From Vitrella brassicaformis CCMP3155 (lineage: Eukaryota; Protista; Chromerida): 64,000 nt of DNA. The DNA is taken from contig CDMY01000466.1 of assembly GCA_001179505.1 (NCBI GenBank), positions 186,001 through 250,000 of the forward strand. The letters run 5' to 3'. The translations under genes were made by a program, and so were the position numbers. Shown piece by piece: positions 61,270-64,000 of the stretch. The notes under the pieces are model-generated. The model was given only the letters and a program-made list of their open reading frames with translations. It was not told where the DNA came from and ran no database searches. How positions within the stretch are numbered: position 1 is the first letter of the stretch; each line of letters opens with the position of its first letter.

Positions 61270-64000
61270 TGCCTTGTGTTGTGTGGGATGGATGGATCAA
61301 TCAGGTGTGACGAACACGCGTCGCTCTCTGTTCCACATAGTGGACTTGGCGGGCTGTGAGCGGCAGACGCAGAGCGACTCGACGGGCGAGAGGCTGCGGG
61401 AGGCCGGCATGATCAACAAAAGCCTCTCAGGTACACACACATACACATACACACACACATGAGCACCACACACACTGCAGTGTCGTGGATTCATTCGTGT
61501 GTGGTGTGTATGCCCGTGTGTGTCAGTGTTGGGCAACGTGATCAATGCGCTGTCGATGGAGGAGCGGGGTTTCCGCCGCAGACACATCCACTACAGAGAC
61601 TCCAAACTCACATTTCTGCTGCGAAACTCACTCGGGGGTAAAAAGGAAATACACGCGGCCGCATGCACACTGCGGTCGTGTCTGCCATATGTGTGTGTGT
61701 GTCGAGTAGGTAACTCTCGCACTGTGATGATTGGCACTCTGAACCCCACGGCCTCGTGCTGGTCCGAAAGCCACTCCACTCTACAGGTAAGTGGGGCAAC
61801 CAACCACACCACACCACACCACACACAGACAGACAGACAGACGATGTACCACTAACTATGTGGTGTCTGTCTGTCATGTGGATGTGTGTGTGCAGTTTGC
61901 GCAGCGTGCCAAGAAGGTCCGCAACAACGCCGTCATCAACGAAGACATATTCGGTACGCAAATGCATTCACATCCACACATGCTATCCTCCACGCGACGG
62001 CCCGCTGATGTGTGTGGCCGTGTGGCGATATATCAGGGTCTGCGGAATACCTCCGTCAGCAGAACCGGAAACTGCGCGAAGAGCTACAGCAGCTGCAGAA
62101 CCAAATGCAGCACCAGCAACCAAGTACTTTATTCAGGGAGGCACAGAGAGAGCTTCCCATTATCTTTTCCATCCATCCATCCATCTGTTAGGCGGTGCGT
62201 ATGAGCGGTCCGGGTCCCACTCGCCCCGCCAGCTGCCTGTGTCCACCAAGGTACGCACGCGCACCACATTCACTCATCCACTGACATGTCTGTGTCAGTC
62301 AGTATGGGTGTGTTTGTCTTGTTGTCATCCCTCCCTCCCCCCCTCCCTCCCTCACCCCTCTGTAATCCATTCAGCGTTTGCGTGAGCTGGAGGAGTCCAA
62401 CGTGCAGCTGCAGAAGTCACTCAAAGAAAGAGAGGTAGGTCGGGTCGCCCCCTCACCCAAACAGACAGACAGACACGGAGTGGGCTCACCAGTGGACGTG
62501 ACGTGGATGTGGGCGTCTGTGTGCGAGTTCCAGGCGACGTCTGAGGCCGAGATCAGCCAGCTCCACGTACGCCAAGTGCATCCACCACACCCACAGTACA
62601 GTGGATCAATGTGGGTGTGCCGTCTGTGTCCGTCCGTCTGTCTGGTCAGGAGCGCATCTACGATTTGGAGCGCAAGGCCGACCGGGGGCTCAAGTCACAC
62701 TGGATGCAGAAGGTCAGCTCAGCCAGGGGCCACCCCACCAGCGTCCAGTCCAGGTGGGTGTCATTCTACCTCACCTGTCCTCCTCATGTGGGCAGGTCAA
62801 GGACGCCGCCAACGCACAGACACACAGCAACGGTCAGTCAGCAGGCAGGGAGGGAAAGAGAGAGGAACCCTCCGCACACTCACTTCACCCCCGCTCATGC
62901 ATCGCCCCCCCTTCCACGTTTCTGTGTGTGTGTGTGTGTGCAGACGTGAGGTCTGCGGCGAGCCCCTCCCCTGTGCGCGACGACACCGAGCGTAAGCTGG
63001 CCGACTACGACCACATGATGGACCGGATGCGGGAGTTGGAAGGTGCACTCAGAGATGCTGAACGGGTAAGAGGCAGGCCAGGTGGGGGGATATATGGGTG
63101 AGCGAATGTCCTGTGTTGATTGATTTGTGAATGGATCGATGGCTCAGGAGAAGCGTTCGGCGGAGAGTCGTGCGGAGAGTTTGGCTCAGCGTGTGGTTCA
63201 GCAGAAGGGGGACCACGAGCGTAGCGTGGAGATGCTGCACGACAGGATAGCCGAGCTGCGCCAGCAGAACGAGGACGTCGAGGAGCGCCGGCAGGGGCTG
63301 CAGCTCCAGTGGACTAAAGACAACAGAACCATTGTGCAACTCAAGCACGAGGTACGCAGACACGCACACACCTGTTTGGTGCAACAAGAGGCATTCGTGT
63401 CGTCGTCGCGTGTTGTATGTCCCTTCTTTGGTCAGATTGAGACGCTCAAGAACCAGCTGACGACGGAGCGAAGCCTTAAAGCCGTAAGGGCAGTGCATTG
63501 ACCGAAATGTCGCCATCCGGTGGGTCAAGTCACAGACAGTGCCGTTGGTTGGTTGTGTGTCGTTCAGGACCTTCATTTCGAGGTGACCCGACACCGCGAC
63601 AGACGGCGAGAGAAATTGCAGGAAAAGTAAGGCAGCAGCAGCAGGCAGAAACCATCACCGCACCATCCAGTTTACGCGTCTGTGTGTTGCACATCACATA
63701 CCCACCATATATCAGGAAGCGTCGTGCCAGTTTGGTGCCGATGAGCAGCCACAGCTGCGGCGACATCGACGACTCCCCGCCAAAGGAGACCCCACCCCGC
63801 AACCAGCCCCGACGTCGCATGACCATGGCCGCGCCAGACATGCCGCTGCCGCTCTCCGCCGGCACCTCAGAGGACGATGCATCCAGGAGCCCACCGTCAG
63901 GCTCGCCACAGGAGCCACAACCGTTCAAGTGACTGAGTGACGCACGGAGATCTTGCAGCATCCACCTCACCTGCGGCTGTGGTGTTGTCGTGTTGCAGCA
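59800..64000 (+). CDS. Kinesin motor protein, kinesin-12/KIF15-like, with coiled-coil stalk; probably continues beyond the window
   Basis: [129 protein letters not shown]. Confidence 0.93.

Noticed and set aside
1-64000. Prokaryotic systems (operons, defence islands, CRISPR), rRNA/tRNA, transposase or reverse transcriptase
   Set aside because: The window is intron-rich eukaryotic DNA, and no such motifs were recognised by eye. A tRNA or ncRNA scan was not run.

Overview
Gene-dense eukaryotic genomic DNA: GC-rich, with many short GT-AG introns filled with (GACA)n, (GGAT)n and (CA)n microsatellites. An alveolate-specific ISP (IMC sub-compartment protein) gene, several proteins with bipartite signal+transit peptides and a flagellar FAM183-like gene point to a chromerid alga, most likely Vitrella brassicaformis (inference). 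About 22 multi-exon genes were reconstructed by hand. They are: two inverted paralogs of a variable-N-terminus/C-terminal RING family (one apparently frameshifted), a Pro-rich/coiled-coil protein, Yippee, a Cys-less GPX-fold plastid-lumen protein, a BRCA1/BARD1-like protein, FAM183-like, BTB-BACK-MATH, a bacterial-type arylsulfotransferase, a plastid protein with a cyanobacterial-type domain, p24/TMED, GH5 mannanase, a Tyr/Pro-rich CCC-tailed protein, ABCG, a rhomboid pseudoprotease, ISP, an NDC1/Tic62-like fusion, a plastid membrane protein with an in-frame TGA, kinesin (KIF15-like, runs off the end) and several hypotheticals. No rRNA, tRNA, CRISPR or recognisable transposase was seen. The most notable observations are the NDC1-Tic62 fusion with a duplicated splice acceptor, two pseudo-enzymes, the in-frame TGA gene, the RING paralog pair and pervasive head-to-head gene pairing. 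Exon boundaries and family assignments are from manual reading and memory of motifs, not from database searches.
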